Source: Bigelowiella natans CCMP2755
Taxonomy: Eukaryota; Protista; Cercozoa
Length of the DNA: 64,000 bases
Reading direction: 5' to 3'
Assembly (NCBI GenBank): GCA_000320545.1
Contig: ADNK01003483.1
Coordinates: 49,885-113,884 of the forward strand
Shown here piece by piece: positions 41,139-53,612 of the stretch; positions within the stretch are counted from its first letter, which is position 1; every line of letters starts with the position of its first letter. Under the pieces are notes generated by a model that made no database searches, was not told where the DNA came from, and saw only the letters and a list, made by a program, of their open reading frames with translations. The translations under genes were made by a program, and so were the position numbers.

Positions 41139-43374
41139 GTGATAGTATGCCAATGAATGTATTCTTTTAGTGATTTCTTCTTTCCTCTTCTTCTTCTTCA
41201 TCCTTTTTTAGGATGAAAAAAATAACCTTTTTGTGTAAAATTCCTTGGACACATATGGCACGTATAAGGCCTCACCCCTATATAAAATACACGAGGACAA
41301 AGTAGATTGAAGCAGCGTTTATCACAAACCAGTAACAACAACTTGGTATACTGCCCACTCGCCGAGAGACGAACAGGGAGAGGAGAGTAAGCAGTATAGG
41401 TCGGCGCTTGGAAAGAACTTAGAGATGAATAAGATAGTGTGGAAGAATCATATTATGTTTCTTGTTTCTAACCGAGATGAACGTTCACATGCTTCTTCAG
41501 ATTGGCACGTTGCCGGAAAAGAGCACCGCACTGACCAGAATGCCAAAGGGAAAAAAGGCAGGGGAATATAACAACTATGATTGAGATTATCATGTAGAAT
41601 CTGGGATCTTTCGATGAGGATGACACTGACGCAAATGTCCCGTGGTAAAACCATCCTCTCCCAAATACAAATCACCCTCTCGCATATCGTCGTTGTGTTT
41701 GCCACTGGCATTTGGGACGAAATTTACCCATAATTACTTACACGCACGCTACTACTCCCATAATTATTTTCACGGTGTCCCTCGTCTACATCGATAAAGT
41801 TGGGCAACAAAGGAGGAAGATAGTGTTACAGAGAGCAGCAAGCAACCACTAACACCTTGAAACACCGAAACGGTCTAACGCATCGATGAATGCGTGAATG
41901 AACGTTGAGTGCCGTCTTATCCCTGCGTATGACATATACAACATCATTCTCGTCATCATCTCCGTTAAATAAATGGGGCCATAGTTGAGGATATGGACTT
42001 ACTGTATATATATATATATATATATATATGTATTTATCTATTATGATACGAACACAGGATTGGGATCCTTACCTAAACACCTTTCCACAATCAGGGTCTT
42101 GACATATGTACGTACGATGCGATGGTTTGGGAGATTGTCGCAGAGTAGCGTGTTGAACAACAGTGGCAGCAGACTCGCCGCCAACTTGCCTACCCCTCTG
42201 CCTTAATTTTTGCTTGTTTGCATGAGAAGCAGTAAGGCTGTTATTCGGCTGCTGTGGAAGACACACAACCAGCATTTCCTCCTCTCCTTCTCGGGCTGCT
42301 GCTGTCAAAGGTTGCATAATCGATCACCGAAAGTTTAAATTATGAATACTATGAAAAGAGCTTAAATATACGTTGATAATACATATATCAAAATGATTTC
42401 TTTGCTATTTGTGGGTGGTTTGGTTGTTAAAGCAGCATCCATCCGCCGTTGTTTATAAAGGTTCAATAGCGTTGAGCCCTGCAAATTCAATGGCCAAAGA
42501 GGCGGTTTCTCAAAAATCATCATCGTTGATGTATTTATTCGTTTATTCAGCTGCTGCTTCCGTCTCCTCTTTTCTGATCACATACACAATAATGTATCGT
42601 TATTTGCATTGTCTGTGACTTATCCAGATAATACGTTATTTTAAGCTCGGCTATTCTCGACGTATGGGTGATTGGGCAGTAGTATCGACGCCATCATCGA
42701 TTAATATTTGGCGAGAAAGAAGCATTTCTCTTTCAATGGGTGATGTTACGTTAGTATGACTTCTGACACACAAAATTCTCATAGCACGGAGAGCATGTCT
42801 ACAGTCTACTTTTCCATTTTCATTAAATACTACTCCAGCTTCACCAATGAGAAGGAGAGGGACGACGACGGCGGCGACGACGACGACCGATGGAGGACAC
42901 TGTGCTCCTGTTGTCGTTGTTAGTCGTTGCCGATCGCTAAATTGCAACTACGTCTACAAAATTCCTCTGACTTTGTTAAAAAACGAAGGCGTTTTCTTCT
43001 CTTCGGCACGGAAAGGAAAGAATACCTCTGGATTTGGACCATTTTTTGCCATATTTTTCATATTTTTGCATTTTTCGCCAAATCTTTACAGGTTGGATAT
43101 CGTATACAGTATTTCTGGGAGCCTTCCCGCCCTAGTGCACGAACTCGATCGGAGTTCTTGGAGTGTTCCTATCTTGGCATGCGACAAAGAGATGTGGATG
43201 CCTCTCCGATCAAATCACAAGGTTTTTAAGCAAATTGCTGCCAATTTTGCACACCAATGTGCTGCGAACGATTCCCTTCACGTCAGGAGGGGGCATCATA
43301 GCTTCCGGAGTCTCCGCCTTCCATGCGCACCCGAAGGAACTCTCAAAAATGGATGGATAGCAACCTGGCATCAT
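38480..43374 (-). CDS. C2H2 zinc-finger protein (4 fingers) with a C-terminal degenerate PARP-type zinc-finger-like domain (multi-exon)
   Basis: Spliced fingers: YICQDPDCGKVFRDKTALNVHSRIH, FRCFKCGALFRQRANLKKHVNVH, YTCHMCPRNFTQKVNLEFHLRRH, YVCLKKDCGYQSFTTKMLEAHLLKH. A phase-consistent chain continues to WRIEVAPRPRTCKFDQTRILPGDL...YDWFTVENF...SLCGFSKLSDSNREVFIQRM..GA* (last exon 38648-38480). The start at 43374 is tentative. Confidence 0.7.
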
Positions 43375-43431
43375 CCAGCGGTTGGTTGTGTGCGGCAACA
43401 ATTTCACATCGATCGCCTCATAATCGAATTT

Positions 43432-43494
43432 TGGAACTCAGGCAGCCGTGTGTGGAACTCAGGCAGCCGTGTGTGGAACTCAGGCAGCCGTGTG
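43432..43494 (+). repeat. Perfect 21-bp tandem repeat x3 (TGGAACTCAGGCAGCCGTGTG)
   Basis: Three contiguous identical copies, in frame with the PB1 ORF (WNSGSRV x3). Confidence 0.95.
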
Positions 43495-44493
43495 TTACAC
43501 ATAAAACTTGTCTTCGAACATGAGGGTGACGACGTTGATATCCGGCGATTTCGGCTTGCCGGGGAAGCAAAGGAAAAGTTGGTGCTTTGTAAAGATATGG
43601 CGAAGTATCTGTTTGGGTATTGAGCCCCCAATCTTGAAAAAGGAAAACATTTCATGTAGATTCTTTGCGCAGGTTAGAGGAATGCTTTCTACAGTATAAA
43701 GATGAAGACCTCGAAAGCATCGTCGTTGGGTCGGATCAAGAGTTGGAGGATGCAATAGCGATACAGCAAGTTTGTGGCAAGAAGACGACGAAGCTCTTTG
43801 TACGGAGGTAGTCTCAAAAAAAAGGAAAACTTACCCACTTGCAGTTGTAGTAAAAACTTTTTGCATTTTTTAGGGGAAATCCTGTGGTGTGCGAGCCAAC
43901 ATGGACTCCAAGTAGCGATAACAGATGCGATCAAGAAAGCAAGGGAGGAATATTCGGATGAGACAACTGTTGGCAATGAAGTTGAGGCGGATTGTAAACA
44001 ATTAGATTCGACGACGAAGATTAAACCAAAAATAAGAACAGTAGATGCAAGTTTAATAGTGGGTGAAAAGGAAGGGTGGGCCGGGGAGGAATCAAAATTG
44101 GCACCTGGTGGCAAGGAAGCCCTAGAACACATTCGTGAATGTAAAGCGAATGATAACATTAAATTTGTCTGTACTACTCGATCCTTTAACGGCATCGATC
44201 TAGACGTCATACTTCATAGCCTTGTTAGCAATAAATCTTTTCTCGCCGAAATTCCCAACATTGTGGCGAAAATTCAAAACCAGACTAGGAACGGAGAAAT
44301 GCAGAAGATTATAATGGAAGTCATCGAGAGAAATCCAGAGCTGCTCGAAATTGATGGACTGAAAGAACTACTCACACACTTAGAAAACCTCCAGGAATTC
44401 CTGAGTTGTCAGTGGGGGCAATTAAATTTGTTTGTGAAAGCACTTACTCGAGGCCCGAGAAATGGTGGTGTTAGTAAATGGTGGTGTCAGTAA
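43432..44493 (+). CDS. PB1-domain protein (multi-exon; start codon not identified)
   Basis: The exon ending at 43616 joined to 43673-43769 gives LHIKLVFEHEGDDVDIRRFRL...YLFGLEECFLQYKDEDLESIVVGSDQELEDAI, containing the basic K/RRF cluster and the acidic OPCA-like YKDED..SDQEL motif. It is followed by a long helical exon ending at 44493. Confidence 0.7.
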
Positions 44494-44507
44494 ATGGTGG
44501 TGTCAGT
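44460..44507 (+). repeat. 16-bp tandem repeat x3 (AAATGGTGGTGTCAGT) spanning the PB1 gene stop codon
   Basis: Three near-identical copies are visible directly. Confidence 0.85.
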
Positions 44508-44519
44508 TGAAAAGCAATA

Positions 44520-45070
44520 CTGGCGCATACACATGTAAGACAATATGGTGATCAATGAACAATGTTGCTTGCACGTTCACACATCAGTGTCACGACCGCA
44601 TGTACGTATGTGCACCAAAAGGCCAAGGCTCGAAGGAGTGATTGTGATGTGAGACAGATGTGATGAAACCATCAAATTCTTCCGATATGATAATTCTTTG
44701 TGCACCCATGTAGAATATAGCAGCTGCAGCGCTAGAGCGCTCTAGCGCTGATGTTGTGTCTGTTTGTTTCCATTCTAATCTAGTCATGTGCTTCATCATG
44801 CATATGAAAGACTCCGAATACAATCATGCAACGAGCGCCATTGTGAATCTATCATTTTACATCACAACGGTGTGCTTTCCGATTGTCCTTGCAACTTCTA
44901 TGCGTTGCACAAGCATGCTAGTATGCTGCCCATCGTGACTTTTCGCACGCCTAGACTTTCATCGATGTCTAGGTTACCTAGTACCAGGACAGGCTCACAG
45001 GCCACATGCATGCGCGCAGTGCAATGATGCTGCTAGAATGTGAACAGGAATGCTGTGATGCTAAGCGCGC
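44520..45070. repeat. Palindrome-rich intergenic spacer C between convergent genes
   Basis: Perfect 24-bp palindrome CAGCGCTAGAGCGCTCTAGCGCTG (44727-44750), TGCTAGAATG at 45031, dense CATG/TGCA/CTAG. Confidence 0.75.
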
Positions 45071-45239
45071 ACCCACACCTATCTACGATCATTTTAAGCG
45101 TAGGAATTCGAATAAGCCACGCAAGATTCTCATTTTTCATTTTTCCTTGCAGAGGAGGGCGCTATCTGACGGCGGCGACATAAACCTCTTGACTACTACT
45201 CCCCTCATACGTGCCACCTCCTCGTCTCTCCAGTTCTCC

Positions 45240-47935
45240 TTAAGCACCCGCGTAAAACCACTTACCAAACCGACTTACTTGCGGCGACCGAGGCCTCAAT
45301 TTGTTTCTAATTGACTGGCATTTCATGTAAAGATGGACGTTGTCCGAGCTATCTACTTGCATTTTGACGACTATGGTATCTCCTTTATTGACTTTTAACT
45401 CCTTCCCAGGGTACTTGGATTGAAAGGGCTCGATGTTCATCACCCTTTTCCCGTTTTCGTAGTGCGCCACATCTCCGTACACACGGTGCATCTTCAACGG
45501 TCCCCACCAGGAGGTAGACATTATCGAGATGTACACTATTCCGTTCAAACGGACGTTGAAGTACATGCACTTCGGGTTGCAGCTTCTGATGGTATACATC
45601 TCTGAGATTACCCTCCCATTTGCTAAGCAGATCTCAGGGCATTTCTTGCCGTATATAATTCGTAAGTTGGATATATCAGTGCTACTCCTCGGATGGTGCC
45701 TTCCCGCTGTAACCTCGCTGCTTCTTTTTCTTCCGTCCAGTCTGGTGGGGGGGGCTTGGCTCCGACGAAAGTTATCCACACTTGGAATCGATCCAATACT
45801 ACTACCAAGGTCGTCGTCCTCCCCCCCCTCCTCCTCCTCCACCTCCTTCTTGTCATCATTCTCTTTATCACTGTTATCCTTATCGTTTTCATCTTCCCCA
45901 TCCGACTTGCAAGCCATCACAGATGTCTGGGGCTTCATGTTGAAGTGGAAACTCATTTGGCTGAGACTTGGAATATACTGAATGTTCCGACGTCTACAGG
46001 CCTCGACGAATTGATACACCCTTTCGAGGTAGATATCAATACTATGATCTTCGATCAACGTGGATAAGGTCTTTGGGTACCTGACGCCAAACGTAATAAA
46101 TTATATGAATTCTATTAGTAGTAAGAAATTAAAGCGATAACTCCTCCCCCTCCTCCTCCTCCTACTACTACTACTACTGCTATTGGGTCGGTATTATCTA
46201 CCATTCAAGCACTTGCTTGCTGTTGAGAACTGACTTGTAGTCGTTGTTTCTTGGCTGGTCATCCATCATACTTCGTCTAGGAGCCCTTGCACTCGTGAGA
46301 AACACCTCTAGTGTGCCCTCAGAGGCGCTACCCACGCCATTGTTGAAGGACTTGCGGAACTCGTCATAACCCGTTTGAAGGGGATTATCTGCTGCCGATG
46401 GCGTTTTAACAACCGAAGAAGCTGCTGCTGGTTTCACATTTTTTGCTAGCTCGCTGCGCTTCTCGAGAAATATCGTCGTGCCTACTGGCTGATAGCTCAC
46501 AAAGACGCTTTCATGTCTTAATGCCTGCATTTGTATCAATGACACCAGATCCTTCACGCTGATTCCAAGCGCAATTCTCGATACGACCGACGTCAAAACA
46601 GAGGCAGTCGTCGTTTGGACGAAGAGGGGCATCACTTCAAATAACCACGTTTTACAGGAGTTCCTCGGTACTGGGTCATTCCGATGTACGTATGCGTGCG
46701 TGTTTGTATTCAGCGTCTTCCACCATTTGGACACTGCCTTTTCCTCCCCAACACATTTCTGCCCATTCTCCTCCCCCCCCTCCTCCTCTCGTGCTTCTTT
46801 GCTGTCGACTCCCGGAGGAACAATCACCGAGGGGGCACCGAAAGTATTTACATATATGTTACAGTGATTCTCACCAAAAGTATATGAGCTTGTAAAGTAT
46901 TCTCTAATATGCCTGTATCTCTTCGATGCCAGAAATTCAGCGGCAGCTACCACAGCATAAGCCCCACCCAATGAGTGACCCGTAAGAACTAAATCACGTA
47001 CACCTTTCCAATTTTTCTCGATTAAGTTTGCAACTTTGTCGAGCGAATCCCCTGAATGAAGTGCATTTTGTATTGCAGCTTGTACTTTGACGCCATACTC
47101 CATTTTTCGTTGTCCAGGAGCAGCATCAATCAGCCAATCGAAGAGGGTGCTAGTACCCCTGAATGCTAAGAACAGTGTCTGCCTCTTCCTACTCAATGTC
47201 CATTGCACCAGCGTCTCTCCCTTTGCCTCTTCAAAGTGTATGAACTCCATCTCCATTAATCTTCGGTCGGACTTCACCTTCGTAGATCGATTCGCTAGAT
47301 AGTAAAACTCGAAAGACAATCTTGATTTATCATCGACTGTTGAATAACAATTCTTACAAAGGTCATAAAAGCCGTCCTCCTCCTCGTTGGAAGCTCGAGA
47401 CCAACAATGCCCGAGTATGGTACTTCGACACTTGTCGCAGGCTACCTCGATTTCAGAGTCAACTTTTTGATACGCCAAAGCGCTCATTCGAATGCTTTCT
47501 TCGGCATATCTGAAGTAGTAGCGGAAGTTGCACAGTACAAACTCTCACACACGTGTGTTGGTAACACCGACATTGTTATCTCATACCAACAGGAAGAAAA
47601 AGAGAAAGAAAACAACGAGCAAGAGCATGATGTGCATTTGGAGTGCGTGGCGAAGCAAATACAGGAGATGATTCTACAGGATAACACGCAACCACCAATT
47701 CATACTACTACCTAGAAGTGAAATGTGAAAGCTTTTTCCAGCCAGCTTTCTCAAGAATATACTCGTTCACGGGATCTTCTACATCATCACAAGATCCTCC
47801 GCATTTTGGCAAACCAAAATTGAAGATTGAGCACTTGTCAGCACTGCTCTGTGGCTTGTCATTCTTCATTGCTGTATAGTGCTGGGCCTTCGATTCACCA
47901 TCGTACTTGCTCAGCTTTGTTGGAGGTATGAACAT
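45240..47935 (-). CDS. Class-3 (fungal-type) lipase with an inserted ZZ-like zinc finger and a C-terminal SPRY-like beta region, about 790 aa in 3 exons
   Basis: Exons 47935-47712, 47509-46202 and 46080-45240 sum to 2373 nt, which is in frame. Motifs: LFLAFRGTSTLFDWLID, nucleophile LTGHSLGG, TFGAP, catalytic Asp in NDPVP, and catalytic His in EDHSIDIY (restored by splicing). ZZ-like ACDKCRSTI...YDLCKNCY. Confidence 0.85.
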
Positions 47936-48226
47936 CCCCCCCTCTTACTCGCTTCTTCGCAGCAGCTGCACGTTGAAGTAATGAAGCGTGTGGAACTTCC
48001 TCCTCGCAGCAGCCAAGGGAAGGTGGAAGAGGGGGGAGTGTAGCCGTGGGAGTCAGAGCGTAGCGGATATTTCAGTTGTTCTATTTATAACCACCATTCT
48101 CTCCTTCTTCTCATCGTCGTCGTCGTCGTCGTCGTCATCATTATCATCATCAAGGCCATCAGTATTTTCTACCCGGCACGTGCGCAAACGTACACAAATC
48201 GTCGGTGATGTCCCCAATGTTCGTTC

Positions 48227-48596
48227 TTACGTGGTCGGCAGGCATGCAGGACACGTATCCCATGAGGTATACTTTTTATTGTACGTTGCATCTTCGACGT
48301 GCGACAGCCTTCCAACGATGTCATCGACGGGGATTTTGCACCTGCGACAACCGAGAGCGGGAGCTGCCTCCAACCAACGTCGGTAATCTTTTTAGGCGTT
48401 TTCATGGGATTTTCGGTCGTTAAGGATCTTCTACTAATAGTCTGGTTGTTCTCCCAGCATTGTTGCTTGTTGTTGTCGTAAAATACCGACGACCTGGCGG
48501 AAACGAGTAGGATAGTTTCGGCACACCGAAGGCCGGTTGTCTGGGGATTGGTTGTCTGGAAACAAGATAGCCGTCGAAATCCTTTGGGGTTCTCAT
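48227..48596 (-). CDS. Possible 87-aa protein with two CxxC pairs (zinc-ribbon-like)
   Basis: ATG at 48596, one intron at 48493-48388 (GT...AAG), giving ...DYRRWLEAAPALGCRRCKIP...SWDTCPACLPTT*. A strong GTAAGA just before the stop could mean further splicing. Confidence 0.35.
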
Positions 48597-48808
48597 CGCG
48601 ACAACAAAAACATCGATAAAACAACCAATTGAAACATGTGATAGTGCTGAGCGAGCGCAGGAAAAGAGAAGTCATTCATCAGTCGACGTAGCCGCTACCC
48701 CTCTCCCTCGTCGCGTGATTGATTGATAAGACACAGCGTGCCATTCACACTCATGCGAGTTGTCAGCGCACGCAGGGGATAACACGCGCGGGATCTTGGC
48801 CAGAAACC

Positions 48809-49999
48809 ATGTCCTTCCTTGCAGTAGGAACTATTGCCTTAGCAGTTGTCCCGATTGGAACGCTTGCAAGACCCCTCGCTGCTCATCATCGATTCAGCAT
48901 TTCTTCTCCTTTATCCAAGCCCTCCTTCGGTGTCATTAGACGCAAGCGGGTGACTGTTGGTGCCAGTGATTTATCAACCAGTACAACTGATACGACAGCA
49001 AGTGGCTCAGTGAGAAAAAAGGGAAATGGAAATAGCGAGGGGGAGGATGACCAGGATGATCTTACTTTGAGGGGACAACTCGGAATACTAGCTCGAGATG
49101 CAATGATAAAGAGAACATATGTCACTGATATCGCCGGCTTCGCGGTAATTCCTGGTTAGGGGGGGGGGTAGAAAAAGCAGATAAATTCGACAAAGATTCG
49201 AGTTTTCCATAATAATGATACTTTTGACGTCGATCTTATTACATTGTATTGATTTAGTAGTTTCAGCATTACTGACACAACAAGCCTTTATACTGTACAA
49301 CTACCCAACACAATCAGGAAGCAGAAACTGAAGAAGGAAGTTTGAGGGAAAACGTGCTGAAGAAAAAGTCTTTCTCCGACGATACCGACTTTACTCGCGG
49401 CTCTGACGGTATTAAACGCAAATCGTATGATGCCTATAATCATCTGACGCTATTAGAATAACTATAATCGTCATCATCATCATCATCACGGTGTACTATG
49501 ATCCCTACCTCCTCTTCCTCCCCCTCTCCCAGTTTTCGACTACATATCGGTGCCTCGACGACTTGCAGTATTTGTGGCAGCTTATCTGGCTTTTCCCTTC
49601 CTTCAGCGACTTGTGATGCAGAGAGGAAATGGAGGGGGGGGGGGGAGGGAATGGAATAATGAGAGAAGAGAGATCAAAACCTTTGTAGCAAATACGTCCT
49701 GACAAATCGCGGCGTGAGGACAAATAGATATTCGGACTCTTTGAATGTGCCTAATTCTGACCATGCTATTGTCTTATCCTTAGCAATAATAATCAACTAA
49801 TATTCATTCTCATTTATGATTAGTTTGCACCTTCTGTAAGAGACGTGCAAATGAGCGAGCTTGTTGACTCCATTACTGGAGAGTTTTCTCCTGTTATGGT
49901 ACGATCATAATGATATTGTACCTGCCGATTGCTGCATCATTCATCATCATCCTTATCATCATCATTTTAGCTATTTCGAGATATCATTTCCATTGTTCT

Positions 50000-50057
<58 letters not shown>

Positions 50058-51307
50058 TACTCCTTCGATCGTAACAATTAGCATCTTCTTTTCTCTCCTG
50101 TTCAACAATGATTTAGGACGTTCTTTTCGCTCTTATTGCAAGCGATACGATATCAAGACTTTCACAAAGACAGGTGGTGTAGCTGCTCGTAATGTCCTAA
50201 CAACTTACAGTGATGACGACGATGACGCAATGCTATTGACTGTGAGATACTGAGTGCTATTGCAATGGTGTGGAGACGGCTGCATTCTTTATTGATTCCT
50301 TGTGTACGGTTGGTAATCAGGAGAAGATACAAGAGGCTGTGATAGAGGAGTTGGCATATTTGAAGGATTTAACAGCATCTTTAATAGGAATGCTACCATC
50401 TGAGATGATCATGATAACCACGCAAAACAAGCAGAAAAACAGCAGTAGAAGCACAATGAGGTACGTCAGTATAATAGGCCATCGTCGGTGTGTAATCGAG
50501 TGATCAGCTACTCGATTCCTTTGTTTTTGGCTCGCAATTACGCAATACTACTACTACTACTACTACTACCACTACTACTACTACTATAATCTGCTACTCT
50601 GCTACCTCATATAAACAATACAAGAAACATGAAAAGGGTGGGGCCTTTGAACCCTCTGATGGCGATTTCAGTTGCAGTAATAATGCATAGCATATCCACT
50701 AAGAGCTGCAATTAGCACACTCTCCCCTCCACATCGATGATGTTGTCGTATATGCATTTTCACTCTTATTCCCCGGGCTATGCTTCTTTCCTTTCTCACT
50801 TCATTCAGAGAGAAGGAAACACTAATGGCTCTCCTGTCAATATGGAGATATACGAATACGCTGATTTTCGGGACGCGAAACGGAGAGCTGGTAGGTATCA
50901 TCACTTCAACTGCTTTCTTGGAGTTGTCGGTTCTCTATCCATCTGGCCTCTTGCCCATTAGTACTATTGAGCCCTATATACCTACTTACCTGTGGTACCG
51001 ATTTGCTGCGAGCCTTACTGAACATCCTATGGTGTGCCCTTCGCTACTACTACTACCTCTGTGCAGGAGAACCTTCTTGAGGATGACCCTCTCGATTCTA
51101 TTTCTTCTCACATACACAAATTAAAGGTGAGAGCTGGCCACACACACACACGCGCGCGCGCGCCTCTAGTATATCAGTAGTATCACTATTCCAGTGCAAG
51201 CGCAAGCATTTCCTATTCGTAGCTTAGCTTTTGCTGTGCTGATTTTTCATCAATTTGGTTGTCAAGTTCTGTGGAGCTTTCATTTCCATTTTGGGAGAGA
51301 GATTATA

Positions 51308-51356
<49 letters not shown>

Positions 51357-52083
51357 TTATTGAAACACCCTAGCTTCTTGCTGCAACTACCGATAAGACC
51401 CAAGTTAAGGTTGCTAATCTCTATCTTAGGCCTTTGATATGAGTGCTTCAATGCTAGATGGAGGCGGTGACGGTGAGAACAATGTCAACCAAACCTATAA
51501 TGCATATTCAGCCCACCAGCAGCAGCACCAGTTTGCTACACTTCTCCACTACAACAACTTGGAAAACGTCGTCACGAATATACAAATGGCAAGGATGAGG
51601 AGGCTGGATAAGGTGCTATCCTGATAATATCGTAAGAGTCCTTTCATACCTCGAAGAGAACTGATTAAAAAATATAGAATTTGACCGAGGAATATCCTCG
51701 CAGCACGTACGACATCAATTTATAAATAACCATTGTATCTGCTAGCATAAAATCTCTCTCCTAAATAAGCATCTTGCTTTTTCTTTTTGTTTTGAAATAT
51801 TTTCTATCGTAGTTATCCCCCCCCTCCCCCCCCTCCCCTAATTTTACCGCTCCTGGTCACTGTTATCGCTATTAATTTGTTATTCTATGCTTGCTTGTTT
51901 GCCTTGTCTGACTGCTTCTCAAACCTGCAATTAATAATTAACACTCCTCATCATCATGTAATAAGGAAGGGGAGTCTATACCTTCTGCGGTCTACACGAT
52001 GATGGACACGTTATCTATGTACATTCTTTTCTCCTACATACTACTCGCAACATCTCACGGTGCAGAGCCCATCATGGTAAAAG

Positions 52084-52121
<38 letters not shown>

Positions 52122-53612
52122 TCTGACAGATAGAGGCTGAAGGATAGAGGATGTACACGATGAAGAAGATGATAATATATTTATTGGAAGAGGGGAGAAA
52201 GCCATACACACACGCGTCGTCATCATCATCATCATTATCATGATCGTCATGACCATCATCGTCGTCATCGTTATCATCAATACCACCTAATTACCATGCA
52301 GTATGCGCACCAATCCGGGAATATTAACTACTGGTTTGACATCGTTCTTGACTCTCTCGAAGAGGTGTTCCGCACCTTTCCGGTAAGCCTCTGCCCTCTA
52401 GTCTTAATCACCGCGAGTCATCACGCAAATTGGCAGTAGTAGAGCTCATAGGAATGAGAATAAGAATAATATCACTAGCAGCAGAGAAATTGATGCTAAT
52501 GAATTGAATTCAGACGTTCCTACACCGGTTGTTGTCCCCCCCCCCCTCCCCTGCTATCATACACAGCGATTTGGATTAGATGCGGAAGGAACTCTCTTCG
52601 CAGTGCTGCTTTCATGGTTATTCGATAACAATACAGTAGCTAGAGTGTTAGTGAGCTCAGTAATAAAGACTCAGGCGACGTGATACTTTTTTGGTACATC
52701 TAGCGTCTCTCTTCGCCTTCATCATCATACTCACTTCTCTCTGACAATGCAAACTGGTGTGTTCACTCTCCGGCTCTTAATTACTACTTAGTGACATATT
52801 TTGCTCACTACCGCCCTCACTAGTGTGCACTGGTGAAGAAGTAATAGTGTGTTCTTTGTTTGCATACCCCCTCTCTCTTGTCTGTATTTTTCTTGTTGTT
52901 TACAGGCTCCTCGTTGTGAAAAATCTAGTTCAAGATTTGAAGGAGTAGTACTGCACTTGTTGTATGCTAATATTTTAGTCAGTCGTGGTATATAGCTCAG
53001 TTACTATTGATTGTTCGCGGAAGTTTAATAGTGTGCTATTGTCCTCAAAGAGAGTCATTACTATTCACTAGATCGTATTGGCGTCACTAATCAACAATAC
53101 ACGTATCAGGATGATAACTGGTGCCTAATAGTGTTGATGTTCATATAATAATGACGATGGCGATGACGACGACGACGATGATTATGATGACGACGATTGT
53201 GGTGATTCTAGGCCTTTTGTTGGCAATGCACATATCCGCCGTATGATGTCAACAAACATCATCTATGGAATTCGCAGAGATATCGAGGTCTTTACATATT
53301 TAGTTTTATTCAAGACAACTCTTACATGCTGATGCTTCTTCCTTTTTCCCTACCATAACTACTACCAGTACTGTAACTACCTGTTGGCATTGTTCTTTTG
53401 CTTGAGAATTGTAATCACCCTCTTTTCTTTTCGATCCCTGCATGATACCGCTTAAAAAATGGTACGGTTTGGATTGAAATTCTTATTTATTTTTTCTCGC
53501 ATACTTTTGCTATTTGGTAGACCGCTTTCAAGAAATCTGGTCAGTAGAGCTAATATCTGTATATCGTTATTTCCCATAGATATCAAACGTCTTTGTCCTC
53601 GATCGTAGATAG
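48809..53612 (+). CDS. DUF4239-like multi-pass membrane protein with a signal peptide plus Ser/Arg-rich transit-like leader (multi-exon)
   Basis: N-terminus MSFLAVGTIALAVVPIGTLARPLAAHHRFSISSPLSKPSFGVIRRKR. Exons encode RRLAVFVAAYLAFPFL, QEKIQEAVIEELAYLKDL, EDDPLDSI, IQMARMRRLDK, LFAVLLSWLLVVKNLVQDLK(E)PFVGN; the DL..PF.G end motif is recalled from DUF4239-type proteins. Some junctions and the final exon are uncertain. Confidence 0.55.

Noticed and set aside
43432-43494. 21-bp direct repeats as a CRISPR-like array
   Set aside because: The copies are contiguous with no unique spacers, there are no cas genes, and the context is eukaryotic.
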